A stretch of 64,000 nt of DNA from an uncultured Planctomycetota bacterium (GTDB lineage Bacteria; Planctomycetota; Phycisphaerae; Tepidisphaerales; Tepidisphaeraceae), in the NCBI GenBank assembly GCA_963841915.1, contig CAWJEN010000006.1, positions 1,472,001-1,536,000 of the forward strand, written 5' to 3'. A program made the position numbers and the translations under genes. Below, one piece after another: positions 10,164 to 20,836 of this stretch (positions are counted from its first letter, which is position 1; the number at the start of each line of letters is the position of its first letter). A model generated the notes under the pieces. The model was not told the origin of the DNA. It did no database searches and saw only the letters and a list, made by a program, of their open reading frames with translations.

Positions 10164-13100
10164 ACCGTCTCGACCTTACCCTCGCGAGCCTCTTTCTAAT
10201 GACCAGCTTCGGCCTTGCCACAACTGCTGCGCGGGCCGAACCAGTCGATCTCAGCGGCTCCTGGCAGTTCCAGATCGATCCAGATGACGAGGGCGTCGCG
10301 GCCGGTTGGTTTGGCCAGCCGCTCGACGGGTCGATCCGGCTGCCAGGTACCACGAGTATGGCCAAGGCGGGGCAACCGCTCGAGCTTGCTCCCGAGATGA
10401 CGAAGCAGGTCCTTCGCGGCCTGCATCAGCGTCACGAGTACATCGGCCCGGCGTGGTACAGTCGCGACGTCGAGGTCCCGGCCGATTGGTCGGATCGGCC
10501 GGTGCAGCTGCTCCTGGAGCGCGTCATCTGGACGACCGATGTCTGGCTCGACGGTAAGAAGGTCGGCCGCGCCACGTCGTTGTCGACGCCGCAGGTCATC
10601 AACCTCGGCATGTTGTCGGCCGGCTCGCACAAGCTCTCGCTGCGGGTCGACAACCGCGAGTTCGTGAAGGTCGGTGAATCGCACGCCTACACGGACGAAA
10701 CGCAGTCGATCTGGAACGGCATCGTCGGCCGCATCGAGCTGCAGGCGATCGATCCTGTCCGCGTCACAAAAGCTCGGGTCGATCACGTCGACGGCAACGA
10801 CGCTGCCCTGCAGGTTCGGCTGGTCGGCGTCAACGACACAGGCAGTATCGCGTCGAAGCGGGTCAGCATCACCATCACCCCCGCCGGCCAACGCGCCAAG
10901 GCGACGACGAAGGAGATGGACTGGGACATGGCAGTCGGGCAGACAGAAACGAAGGTGGTCGTCGAGCTCGATGAATCGCTCGCATCTTGGGACGAGTTCA
11001 ACCCGACGCTTCACACAGTAAGCGTCAGTCTCGGCGACGATGAGTCGTTCCAGCAGACGTTCGGACTGCGGGTTGTCGGCAAGGAGCCGATGACGATGCT
11101 GCTCGACGGCAAGCCGATCTTCCTGCGTGGCACGCTCGACAACGCCGCATACCCGCTCACCGGTCACCCACCGATGAATGAGGCCGAGTGGATCAACATT
11201 TTCACAATCGCCAAACGGTGGGGCCTCAACCACGTCCGCTACCACTCGTGGTGCCCACCCGAGGCTGCCTTCAATGCGGCCGACAAGGTTGGCATTTACC
11301 TTCAGCCAGAGTTGCCCTACTGGGGCTTTGCCCAGCTCGAGCGGGACGGCGAACTACACAACTATCTGCGTGAAGAAGGCCGCCGAATCTTCGACGCCTA
11401 CGGGCATCACCCGTCGTTCATGATGTTTTCGCTCGGCAACGAGCTGTACGGCCCGTTCGACGTGCTCCACGAGCTTGTCGAGGAGTTTCGGGCGTACGAG
11501 GACAACATCCTTATGACGACGACGACCTTCTCCTTTGCCAAAGGTCACGGCCGTTGGCCCGAGCCGGTCGATGACTTCTTCCTGACGCAGCGCGCCCGCG
11601 ACGGCTGGGTGCGCGGCCAGGGGTTCTTCAACGAACAGGTGCCCGGCACCGATAAGGATTACCGCGAGTCGATCGTCGACTTCCCGGTGCCGCTCATCAG
11701 TCACGAGATCGGCCAGTACCCGGTCTACCCGCAGCTGAGCGAGATCGAGAAGTACAGCGGCGTCCTGGATCCGACCAACTTCGAAGCCATTCGCGACGAC
11801 CTCAACCGCAAGGGTCGTCTGCACATGGCAGAGGCGTACACGCGAGCCTCCGGCAAGTTTGCGGCGCTGCTCTACAAGGAAGAGATCGAGCGGGCCCTGC
11901 GCACGCCCAACCTCAGCGGATTCCAGCTGCTCGATCTGCACGATTTCCCGGGCCAAAGCACTGCCCTCGTCGGCTTACTCGATGTCTTCTGGGACAGCAA
12001 AGGGCTCATCGAGGCTGAGGACTTCCGCGAGTTTTGCGGCCCCATCGTGCCGCTGCTCCGCATGCCTAAGCGGATCTACACCGCCGGTGAAACGCTCACG
12101 TTTGGCGTCGAGGTGTCCCACTACGGCCCCGACACCCTGCCTGCGAACGACGCCCGGTGGCGGGTTGTCACGGATGACGGCGTCACACTCGACAGTGGCA
12201 CCATTGCCTACGAAGACCTTGCAGCCGGTGGCCTGCGAAAGCTCGGCACGATTACAACGGACAGCACCAACTGGCCCGCGCCTAAGGCGATGAAGGTCCA
12301 GGTCTCCCTCGATGCAACTGACCTTCGAAACGAATGGCGGCTGTGGGTCTATTCGAAGCAGGAGACGGCCGCAGTACCGAAGTCGCCGGAGGTGATCGTC
12401 GCCGACCGGCTCGACGAGGCGACGCTGAAGCATCTCGATGCAGGCGGCCGCGTGTTGCTCAACCCGTCACCGCGGCTGTTGGCGGAGCCTCAGACGTCAA
12501 ATTTCACGCCCGTCTTCTGGAGTCCGCTGCACTTCGAGAATCAGCCGACGACAATGGGCCTGCTCGTGCAGCCGTCGCATCCGGCCCTTTTCGACTTCCC
12601 GACCGATGCCCACAGTGACTGGCAGTGGTGGGATCTTACCGCCGGCAGCACCGGCATGGCCCTCGACAAGCTCGGCGACCAGACCAACACCATCCGCCCG
12701 ATCGTCCAGTACGTCGACGACTTCGGCGGAAACCTGCTGATCGGTGCCATCTGGGAGGCCAAAGTCGGAAACGGTGAAGTGCTTGTGTGCACCTTCGACA
12801 TCTCGAACAATCTCGAGGAGCGGCCTGCTGCCAATCAGCTTCGGCACAGTCTGGTCAAGTACATCGCAACGTCTTCGTTCCGCCCGCAGGCGTCGCTCAC
12901 GCTCGACGAGCTTCAAAGCCTGTTCCGCGAGCCGACGAGCATGCACGATGCCAGCGTCGTCAGTGTTTCGAGCTTCCAAAGCGGATACGAGTCGAAGAAC
13001 GTTCTCGATGGTGATCCGACCACGCTCTGGCACACAAGTTGGAATGATGCCGGAGCCGCCTACCCGCACGAGATCGTCATCGACCTCGGCAAGGCGCGAG

Positions 13101-13402
13101 TTGTTGACGAGATCATCTTCACCCACCGCGGTGACGGCAACATCAACGGCCGCGTTGGCCGGTTCAACGTCTACCTGAGCGACCAAGCTGATACATGGGG
13201 CCAGCCCATCTTGGAAGCGACTTTCGACGCCAGCGCGACTCGGCAGGCCTTCCGTACGGACGGTGTGAATCCGAACGATCCTGAAGCCATTTATGAGTCT
13301 GCCGACGCCAAGCCGGTGAGGTACGTTCGGGTCGAGGCCTTGACCTCGCAGGGCGAGAGCCCTCACGCGTCATTCGCTGAGATCGAAGTCGTCAGTCCCT
13401 AA
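10160..13402 (+). CDS. GH2-like glycoside hydrolase with C-terminal F5/8 domain, copy 2
   Basis: Same architecture as the upstream gene (VDLSGSWQF, RYHSWCPP, HHPSF..GNE, ISHE, VLDGDPTTLWHT). It has a signal peptide and an ATGA overlap with copy 1. Confidence 0.82.
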   Translation: MNRLDLTLASLFLMTSFGLATTAARAEPVDLSGSWQFQIDPDDEGVAAGWFGQPLDGSIRLPGTTSMAKAGQPLELAPEMTKQVLRGLHQRHEYIGPAWYSRDVEVPADWSDRPVQLLLERVIWTTDVWLDGKKVGRATSLSTPQVINLGMLSAGSHKLSLRVDNREFVKVGESHAYTDETQSIWNGIVGRIELQAIDPVRVTKARVDHVDGNDAALQVRLVGVNDTGSIASKRVSITITPAGQRAKATTKEMDWDMAVGQTETKVVVELDESLASWDEFNPTLHTVSVSLGDDESFQQTFGLRVVGKEPMTMLLDGKPIFLRGTLDNAAYPLTGHPPMNEAEWINIFTIAKRWGLNHVRYHSWCPPEAAFNAADKVGIYLQPELPYWGFAQLERDGELHNYLREEGRRIFDAYGHHPSFMMFSLGNELYGPFDVLHELVEEFRAYEDNILMTTTTFSFAKGHGRWPEPVDDFFLTQRARDGWVRGQGFFNEQVPGTDKDYRESIVDFPVPLISHEIGQYPVYPQLSEIEKYSGVLDPTNFEAIRDDLNRKGRLHMAEAYTRASGKFAALLYKEEIERALRTPNLSGFQLLDLHDFPGQSTALVGLLDVFWDSKGLIEAEDFREFCGPIVPLLRMPKRIYTAGETLTFGVEVSHYGPDTLPANDARWRVVTDDGVTLDSGTIAYEDLAAGGLRKLGTITTDSTNWPAPKAMKVQVSLDATDLRNEWRLWVYSKQETAAVPKSPEVIVADRLDEATLKHLDAGGRVLLNPSPRLLAEPQTSNFTPVFWSPLHFENQPTTMGLLVQPSHPALFDFPTDAHSDWQWWDLTAGSTGMALDKLGDQTNTIRPIVQYVDDFGGNLLIGAIWEAKVGNGEVLVCTFDISNNLEERPAANQLRHSLVKYIATSSFRPQASLTLDELQSLFREPTSMHDASVVSVSSFQSGYESKNVLDGDPTTLWHTSWNDAGAAYPHEIVIDLGKARVVDEIIFTHRGDGNINGRVGRFNVYLSDQADTWGQPILEATFDASATRQAFRTDGVNPNDPEAIYESADAKPVRYVRVEALTSQGESPHASFAEIEVVSP

Positions 13403-13484
13403 TCCATGGCGAAGGTGGCCGACGGTCACGTAAAGCCCAGTCCGCACGTTCAGACTTTCCCGCTTCTCCATCAGTACCGGATTT

Positions 13485-16400
13485 ATGTCAGGCCACTCCA
13501 CCGCAACTTCTTCGTCTACCTCGCCTGCCGCGGCGAAGGCTTGGCACGAGAAGGTCACGATTCCCACCTACCCGCACGGAGAGCCGGACAAGAACCCGAT
13601 GTTCCTCGAGCGGCGTGTGTATCAAGGCAGCAGCGGCGCCGTTTATCCGTTCCCGGTAATCGACTCGATCTCTGATGAGAAGGTCGATCGTGAGTATGAC
13701 GCGGTCTACTTGGAGAATAGGTACCTGAAGATCATGCTCCTGCCGAGCCTCGGCGGGCGCGTGCAGACGGCTTATGACAAGACCAACGGCTATCCGTTCG
13801 TCTACCACAATCACGTCATCAAGCCGGCGCTCGTCGGACTTATCGGCCCGTGGATCTCGGGGGGCATCGAGTTTAACTGGCCGCAGCATCACCGGCCCAG
13901 CACGTTCATGCCGGTCAGTCACTGGATCGAGAACAACGAGGACGGCAGCGCGACCGTCTACATCAGCGAGATTGATCGCATGTTCGGCACGCGGTGCATG
14001 GCCAGCTTCACGCTCCACCCGGACAAGGCGTACCTGCAGATCGACGTCAAGCTCTACAACCGAACCGGCGTGCCGCAGACGTTCCTGTGGTGGGCAAACC
14101 CTGCCGTCGCGGCCAACGACGGGCACCAGACCGTGATGCCACCCGACGTTCACGCGGTGATGGACCACGGCAAGCGGGATGTCAGCAGCTTCCCGATCGC
14201 GACCGGTGAGTATTACAAGGTCGACTACGGCGACAATGACGCAGGCGGCACCGACATCTCCAGGTACCGCAACCTGCCGGTGCCTACGAGCTACATGGCG
14301 TACCACAGCGACTACGACTTCGTTGCGAGCTACGACCACAACGAACGTGCCGGCCTGCTCCACGTTGCGAACCATCACGTATCACCTGGTAAGAAGCAGT
14401 GGACCTGGGGCAACGGCGACTTCGGCCAAGCGTGGGATCGTCAACTCACCGATGAAGACGGCCCATATATCGAGTTGATGTGTGGCGTCTTCACTGATAA
14501 TCAGCCCGACTTCTCCTGGCTGGAGCCGTACGAAGAAAAGCGGTTCACGCAGTATTTCATGCCTTACAAGGGTGTCGGCGTGATCAAGAACGCGTCGACA
14601 AACGGCGCAATTAACCTTGAATTGCGCGACGGCAGCGCGTACCTCGCTGCCTACGTCACGTCGCCTCGTGAGAACTTGAAGCTCGTGTTGACGGGTGACA
14701 CCGGAGCGATGCTTCACGAAGCGTCAATCGACGCCTTGTCGCCCGAAGGTGTATTCGAAGCTGAGGTCGATGTCGGTGTGTCGACGGATGCGGGCATGAC
14801 ACTTTGCCTGATCGATGCCGACGGGCGTGAGCTCATCAGCTACACGCCGGTAACCGAGACGCCGCCGATTCCTTTGCCGGCCAAGCCAGTGTTGCCGATT
14901 GCGGAGGTGCCGACGTGCGAGCAGTTGTACCTCAGCGGTCAGCACCTCGAGCAGTACCGGCACGCAACGCTGAGCCCCGAGCCGTATTACCGCGAGGCCC
15001 TGAAGCGAGACGCGAGTGACTCTCGAAACAACAATGCGCTGGGCATGTTGCTCTACCGGCGCGGGCTGTTCAACGAAGCAGAAGCACACTTTCGCGCAGC
15101 CGTCGAGACGCTCACGCAGCGCAACCCCAACCCGCACGACGGCGAGCCGCTGTTCAACCTCGGGCTTTCACTTCAGCGACAGGGCAAGCTCGACAAGGCA
15201 TTCGACGCGTTCCACAAAAGCATCTGGAACAACGCGATGAAGAGTCAGGGCAACTTCGAGCTGGCAAAGATCGAAGCGGTTCGTGGCAACTGGTTGTCTG
15301 CAGTTAACTATTGCGACGAGTCACTCATCAACAACTGGCACCACCACAAGGCCCGCCACCTGAAGACGGCCGCACTTCGGCAGCTCGATAAGGATGATGC
15401 CGCGAGACTTGAGGCAAAGCTGACGCTGACGATCGATCCAATGGACGCCGGCGCGTTCCGCGAACTGGCGTTGCTCGGCGATGCTGACGCGAAATCGCGA
15501 CTGGACGATGTGCTCCGGAACGACGAGCACAACTACATCGAGCTGGCGCTCGACTACGCCACCAGCGGTCTTTACGACGATGCCGTTGCAATTCTGCGTG
15601 ACGGGCCGGACTACACGATGTCGCTGTACCTCAGCGGCTGGTTCAAGTCCCTTTCGGGTGATGACGACGGCGCTGCCTTATTGTTCGCCGAGGCCGCCGA
15701 GGCGTCGCCCGTCATGGTGTTGCCACACCGGCTCGAGGAGCGACTTGCCCTTGAAATGGCAGTTGCTCGTAACCCGCAGGATGGCGTCGCTTGGGCGCTG
15801 CTTGGAACGTTGCAGTATGCCAAGCGCGACTACACGCGGGCCATCGACTCGATGCAAAAGGCCGAGCCGCTATTGCCCGGCTACGCGACGGTGCGGCGGA
15901 ACCTAGCGCTGGCCTATGCCAATGTGCTCAAGGACTTGCCACGCGCACTTGCCGTACTCGAAGAAGCGTTCGCATGTGACGCAAGCGACGCCCGCGTGTT
16001 GTTCGAGCTCGATCAGCTTCGCAAGCGGACCGGCACAATCCCGGCTAAGCGGCTTGCGCTCCTCGACCAGCATGCATCACTGGTCGAGCGACGTGATGAT
16101 CTTTTCGTCGAGCACCTCGACCTGTTGAACCTGCTCGGCAAGTTCGACGTCGTCCAGCAACGCATCGCCGGACGCCTTTTTCACCCGTGGGAGGGCGGCG
16201 AGGGCAAAGTCAGCGGGGCGTACGTCACGAGTCTGCTCGGCCGGGCACGACAGAAGCTCGCCGACGGCCACTTCGCAGCAGCGCTGGAAGATATCGAGCA
16301 GTCGCGGACATTCCCGCACAACCTCAGCGAAGGCAAGCTGCACGGTGCGCTCGAGAACGACGCCGACTACCTCGCCGGCCTGGCATACCGCGGTATCGGT

Positions 16401-16919
16401 GAGACCGCCGCCGCGGCCGAGTTCTTCGATCACGCTCGCGTCGGTCTCGATGAGCCGGCCAGTGCAATGTACTACAACGATCAGCCACCGTCGATGCTCC
16501 TATACCAAGGATTGTCGGCCGCTGCCTTGGGTCTCGACGACGAAGCGGACCAGCGCTTCGCTCAGCTTATCGACTACGGCTCGGCCCACGTCGATGACGA
16601 TGCGAAAATCGACTTCTTTGCCGTTAGCCTGCCGGAGTTCCAGGTCTTCGAGGACGATCTGACCCTGTCGAACGTCATCCACTGTCACTACATGATGGGG
16701 CTCGGCCACCTGGGCCGCTGTGTCAAGGACGGTGCCGGTGACGCAGAGGCCAAGCAGCATCTGCAGAAAGTGCTCGAACTCGACCCAAGTCACGGCGGAG
16801 CGACGACGCACTTGCGTCAATTGGAAATGGTTGACCGTCAATTGACGGACGCGGTCGATTCTGCCGAGCCGTTACTCGTTGCCTCATCGTCCGAACCTGC
16901 GGCTGCGCCACCGACCTGA
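13485..16919 (+). CDS. yphG: DUF5107 + TPR-repeat protein (YphG-like)
   Basis: N-terminus PMFLERRVYQGSSGAVYP...VIKPALVGLIGPWISGGIEFNWPQHHRP resembles E. coli YphG. The C-terminal half is helical and TPR-like. Confidence 0.8.
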   Translation: MSGHSTATSSSTSPAAAKAWHEKVTIPTYPHGEPDKNPMFLERRVYQGSSGAVYPFPVIDSISDEKVDREYDAVYLENRYLKIMLLPSLGGRVQTAYDKTNGYPFVYHNHVIKPALVGLIGPWISGGIEFNWPQHHRPSTFMPVSHWIENNEDGSATVYISEIDRMFGTRCMASFTLHPDKAYLQIDVKLYNRTGVPQTFLWWANPAVAANDGHQTVMPPDVHAVMDHGKRDVSSFPIATGEYYKVDYGDNDAGGTDISRYRNLPVPTSYMAYHSDYDFVASYDHNERAGLLHVANHHVSPGKKQWTWGNGDFGQAWDRQLTDEDGPYIELMCGVFTDNQPDFSWLEPYEEKRFTQYFMPYKGVGVIKNASTNGAINLELRDGSAYLAAYVTSPRENLKLVLTGDTGAMLHEASIDALSPEGVFEAEVDVGVSTDAGMTLCLIDADGRELISYTPVTETPPIPLPAKPVLPIAEVPTCEQLYLSGQHLEQYRHATLSPEPYYREALKRDASDSRNNNALGMLLYRRGLFNEAEAHFRAAVETLTQRNPNPHDGEPLFNLGLSLQRQGKLDKAFDAFHKSIWNNAMKSQGNFELAKIEAVRGNWLSAVNYCDESLINNWHHHKARHLKTAALRQLDKDDAARLEAKLTLTIDPMDAGAFRELALLGDADAKSRLDDVLRNDEHNYIELALDYATSGLYDDAVAILRDGPDYTMSLYLSGWFKSLSGDDDGAALLFAEAAEASPVMVLPHRLEERLALEMAVARNPQDGVAWALLGTLQYAKRDYTRAIDSMQKAEPLLPGYATVRRNLALAYANVLKDLPRALAVLEEAFACDASDARVLFELDQLRKRTGTIPAKRLALLDQHASLVERRDDLFVEHLDLLNLLGKFDVVQQRIAGRLFHPWEGGEGKVSGAYVTSLLGRARQKLADGHFAAALEDIEQSRTFPHNLSEGKLHGALENDADYLAGLAYRGIGETAAAAEFFDHARVGLDEPASAMYYNDQPPSMLLYQGLSAAALGLDDEADQRFAQLIDYGSAHVDDDAKIDFFAVSLPEFQVFEDDLTLSNVIHCHYMMGLGHLGRCVKDGAGDAEAKQHLQKVLELDPSHGGATTHLRQLEMVDRQLTDAVDSAEPLLVASSSEPAAAPPT

Positions 16920-16925
16920 ACGCCC

Positions 16926-18221
16926 ATGGAAGCTCGCGAGCGAAAGACAGTCCTGCTTCTCGTTGAAAGCAGCCGTGCGTACGGCCGTGGATGTCTGCGC
17001 GGCATCGCCCGTTACACGCTTGCGCATGACGGCTGGAATTGCATCCACATCGAACGTGGCCTTGAAGAACCGCTGCCCGAGTGGGTCAGCGAGTTCAAGC
17101 CCGACGGCGTGATCGCCCGCGTCGAGACGCGTGAGATGGTCGAGTCGATTCAGGCGCTGGGCGTTCCGGCCGTCGACCTCCGTGGACGATTTCCAAACGA
17201 GGGCTTTGCTTCCATCGACTCTGATCCGGCCGGGGTGAGTCAGTCTGTGGCCGAGCACTTCCTTGAGCGCGGCTTCCGCCGTTTCGGGTTCTGCGGCTTC
17301 CCGGGCATCGACTTTTCTGATCAACGCTGCAGAGCCTTTGTTAAATGCCTCGGCGACAAGGGGTTTAGCGTCAATGTCTACAACGGCAGCTCGTTCAGCG
17401 ACGGCGACGTTTCAGCTAAAACGCTTCGAGCGGAGACGGTTGGCGTCTTCGACGAAGAGGCCATCGGCGACTGGATCAGCGGACTTGAGATGCCGACGGC
17501 CATCATGGCCTGCAATGACGTTCGCGGCCGCCAGGTGCTCCACGGCTGCTCACAACGTGGCGTCCGCGTTCCGACGAGCGTGGCCGTCGTCGGGGTGGAT
17601 AACGACGAAATTGTCTGTGACTTTGCCCGGCCCGTGCTGAGCAGCGTCCAGCCGGACGTCGAGGCCATCGGTTACCTTGGTGCCGAGATGCTTGATCGTC
17701 TGCTCGCCGGCGAGACGCTGCCGAATCCGACAAGCGTTCGCCTCATTCCGCCGCGTTCGCTTGTGACGCGACTGTCGAGCGATGTGCTGGCGATCGAGAA
17801 TCCAATGCTTGCCGAGGCGGTGAGCGTTATTCACGAGTATGCCTGCGACGGACTGAACGTCGATGAGCTGACGCAGAAGCTCGCCGTTTCGCGGACAACG
17901 CTTGAGCGACGCTTCCAGAAGTTCTTCGGCTGCTCGCCAAAGGAGGAGATTGTACGGATTCGGCTGCAGAAAGTGTGTCAGCTCCTGACCGATACCGATC
18001 ACGGCGTTGCCACCATCGCGACGATGTGCGGCTTCAAGACGTCGCCGCACCTCAGCGTCGTCTTCAGTCGTCAGCTCGGCACGACACCCGGCAGATACCG
18101 GGCGCAGATGCGGCAGGGCGATGAGCACGAAGCGTCTCGAAACGGTGACCGCGGCACGCCGTTCCTGTCGAACCAGCATCGCGTGCGAACAAAGGCAAGC
18201 GGGATGAACGGCAAGTCGTAG
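16926..18221 (+). CDS. XylR-type transcriptional regulator (periplasmic-binding-like sensor + AraC HTH)
   Basis: YGRGCLRGIARY, AIMACND.RG, VAVVGVDND, and AraC part SRTTLERRF...CGF...TTPGRYR. Confidence 0.88.
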   Translation: MEARERKTVLLLVESSRAYGRGCLRGIARYTLAHDGWNCIHIERGLEEPLPEWVSEFKPDGVIARVETREMVESIQALGVPAVDLRGRFPNEGFASIDSDPAGVSQSVAEHFLERGFRRFGFCGFPGIDFSDQRCRAFVKCLGDKGFSVNVYNGSSFSDGDVSAKTLRAETVGVFDEEAIGDWISGLEMPTAIMACNDVRGRQVLHGCSQRGVRVPTSVAVVGVDNDEIVCDFARPVLSSVQPDVEAIGYLGAEMLDRLLAGETLPNPTSVRLIPPRSLVTRLSSDVLAIENPMLAEAVSVIHEYACDGLNVDELTQKLAVSRTTLERRFQKFFGCSPKEEIVRIRLQKVCQLLTDTDHGVATIATMCGFKTSPHLSVVFSRQLGTTPGRYRAQMRQGDEHEASRNGDRGTPFLSNQHRVRTKASGMNGKS

Positions 18222-18230
18222 AGCTGTGCC

Positions 18231-19298
18231 TTACTCCGCGTCGAGCAGTTCACCAATTTGCCTGGCAAGCGACGCCGCCAGTCGGGCATGGCCTCTGACG
18301 TTCAGGTGATTGGCATTGTGAAACGCACCGGCGCCCCGCTTGGACTGCAAGAAGTCAACACCCGCGCTCACAGAGTATGTGCGATCTTCCATCGCCGCGG
18401 AATCTTGAAGTGTCTGAGCGTGCTGCAGGTTGGCCGGTGCGGCAAGAATGATGAGTGCGTCGGGTGCTGCCTCTCGCCATGCGGCCACGAGCTCTCGCAC
18501 TTGCTCGACGGTCAGGCTCGCATCATTCTGACCGTGCAGGTTGATGACGAGGTCGGGCGCATGATGGAAGCGCCCGTCGATCAGTCGCGGCTGGCCTTGC
18601 CAATGCCACGCCCACGCATCCGCCAGCGACGGCACGCCCCCGCCTCCGCCACGCGTGTTGCCTTGACCGGCGAAGGCGACGACGCCCACCTCGGCGTCCA
18701 GGGCATGTCCGAGCAGCATCGGCGTCGCCTGGCCGGCGTCCTGATTGGCCACGCTCACGCCCAGCTTCAGTGCCTCATATCCCTCCGAGTTGCTGTCGCC
18801 GAATACAAGAACCTTGCGACTACGTGGCGTTGCTTGAGAAAGCATGCCGTTCTGCACGGCCAGCCCGGAGATGGTCAGCGACGCTGCCGGTCGCTCGCCG
18901 CCGATCCATCGCTGAGCTTGCCACCAGACACCTGCAAAGATGATCTCGATCTCATGCAGTCCTTCGTCAAGTTCGTCAGCCAGTGTGATGTGCGTCTCGC
19001 CTGCCGAGAGTTGATGGCGTTGCCACGGCCGGTCATCGAGGCGGAACTCGACGGCGGGGTACTGATTTGCCTTCATTGGCTGGTTCGCTGTCGTGTCGAT
19101 GGCCAGCACGATGCCTGTCCCATTGAACACGCCGCGGACGTACGCGCCGGGCGTGTTGGACGTGATGCCGCCGTCGCCGTTGACGACCCAGTTGTAAGGC
19201 GAACGGACCAGCCGCTCGTCCGTTGCTAGCACGTCGGCCGGCGGGGCGGCGGAGACGACGCCATAAAGACTCACGATAAGAAGGAGAACTCGCATCAT
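18231..19298 (-). CDS. Secreted SGNH/GDSL-type esterase (CE2-like architecture)
   Basis: Signal peptide, N-terminal beta domain, FGDSNSEG, NLHGQND, and C-terminal HLNVRGH. Confidence 0.7.
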   Translation of the reverse strand: MMRVLLLIVSLYGVVSAAPPADVLATDERLVRSPYNWVVNGDGGITSNTPGAYVRGVFNGTGIVLAIDTTANQPMKANQYPAVEFRLDDRPWQRHQLSAGETHITLADELDEGLHEIEIIFAGVWWQAQRWIGGERPAASLTISGLAVQNGMLSQATPRSRKVLVFGDSNSEGYEALKLGVSVANQDAGQATPMLLGHALDAEVGVVAFAGQGNTRGGGGGVPSLADAWAWHWQGQPRLIDGRFHHAPDLVINLHGQNDASLTVEQVRELVAAWREAAPDALIILAAPANLQHAQTLQDSAAMEDRTYSVSAGVDFLQSKRGAGAFHNANHLNVRGHARLAASLARQIGELLDAE

Positions 19299-19317
19299 GG
19301 TGAAATCTCAGTAAAAA

Positions 19318-20739
19318 TTACTGGTCGAGCAGCACGGTCGTCACGCTCATCGCCGGCAACATCAGCGTATCGCCGCCGACCTCAACTACGGCCAGATCGT
19401 GCTCAGCGTCAGTTACGAAGACCTTCATTCGGCTCGGCTGTTTCTTCGAAGCTTCGAGGTCGACGTCGACCGTTGCGTCACCGGAGTTGATCATGATGAT
19501 TTTCAGCTGTCGAGCATCTGCCGACGAGAATGCGGTCACGCGAATGTCGCCACTCCCGCTTTCGGCTGCCACGCGGACGTCGCCCGGCCGCACAAAACGG
19601 CTCCATTGTCCAAGCACCCAAAGTCGCTTCGTCTCTTCGATTTTGTCCTTGCCGGGCCGAGCGTAAAGGAGACCGTCCTTGTACCCGCCCGCCCCGACGC
19701 CGAGCCACCACTGCCACGACACGACATCAGCGACGGCAAGATCTTCGTGAATAACTTCCGCCAACTCGATGCCGCTCTCGATGCTCAGGTCGTGGCCGTG
19801 CTGCATCTGGCAGTACTCAGTTTGGGCCAAGAGCTTGTCAGGAAACGCAGCCCGCAGCTCTGCAACTGCCTTGGCCCGTTGCTGTGGATTTGTCCAGTAC
19901 GAGTGAACGGCAAGGTGATCGACGTGGCGGCCGATCACCGGATCGGCGAATAGCGCGTCGGCATAGGCGAGCGTGCCAAGCCAGGCCCCCGACTCAGGCG
20001 CCTCGATCTTGAAGCCGGCGTCGCGGCCGATGTTCTGCCTGACGAGCGCACCCACCATCGTCGCCGCCTGTTGCGGTGTGTAGAAGCAGCCCTCTTGGCT
20101 CCGCCAGTCGTCGTCTTTACCCCAACGCCATTGCGGCTCGTTGATGGGCGAGATAGTGACATCCTTCAGGCCGTACGTGTCGCGGATGAGCGTCGACAGG
20201 TTGATCAGGTAGGCGGCAAACTCTCCTTCGGAGCCAGGCTTCAGATTCGGTCCGCCCTCAGGACCGCCGCTGGTAAAGCCGTTGATGGTCATGCGTGCGG
20301 GCGGGCTGCAAGCGAAGAAGACGAAATGTTCCACGCCACGATCACGTGCGCCTTCGACATAGCGAAGCGCGTCAGCGTCACCGGCCAAGTCGAAGTTGCC
20401 CGGTGAGGTTTCGACCGAGTTGGTTCGGCGATCGTCCAGCACAATCTCTTCACCGCCGCCGATCGGCAGGTTATAGCGAAAGATGGACAGGCCGATGCCG
20501 TCGGTGCGGCTGTGCAGCAGATCGAGCATCTCCTCCTGCAGCGTGGGCGGATAGTCCTTCGTCCACGTGTGCCACCATGCGCCAGACGCGCCAAAGCCTT
20601 CCATTGTCTGGTGCTTCTGCGTCGGGTCGACCGTTACCCGCACCGGCTCGGCTGAGACCGCCGGAGCGAGTGTCCCAAGCGCCAATGCGGTGATCAGGCC
20701 GACGTTGAGCAGTTCCGGCACGCCAAAAGGGAGTCGCAT
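19318..20739 (-). CDS. Glycoside hydrolase family 30 (possibly endo-beta-1,6-galactanase-like)
   Basis: QTMEGFGASGAW, GIGLSIFRYN, SPPARMT.NG, PINEP (acid/base), QTEYC (nucleophile), GQWSRFVRPG. Confidence 0.8.
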   Translation of the reverse strand: MRLPFGVPELLNVGLITALALGTLAPAVSAEPVRVTVDPTQKHQTMEGFGASGAWWHTWTKDYPPTLQEEMLDLLHSRTDGIGLSIFRYNLPIGGGEEIVLDDRRTNSVETSPGNFDLAGDADALRYVEGARDRGVEHFVFFACSPPARMTINGFTSGGPEGGPNLKPGSEGEFAAYLINLSTLIRDTYGLKDVTISPINEPQWRWGKDDDWRSQEGCFYTPQQAATMVGALVRQNIGRDAGFKIEAPESGAWLGTLAYADALFADPVIGRHVDHLAVHSYWTNPQQRAKAVAELRAAFPDKLLAQTEYCQMQHGHDLSIESGIELAEVIHEDLAVADVVSWQWWLGVGAGGYKDGLLYARPGKDKIEETKRLWVLGQWSRFVRPGDVRVAAESGSGDIRVTAFSSADARQLKIIMINSGDATVDVDLEASKKQPSRMKVFVTDAEHDLAVVEVGGDTLMLPAMSVTTVLLDQ

Positions 20740-20836
20740 GGCTCCATTCTACAGATTAGCGTTTTCGCCGCCGCCCGTTTCGCCGCACCTGCTTACCGCT
20801 ATCCGTCAAACTGGTGACACATTAGACGCGAAGTAG

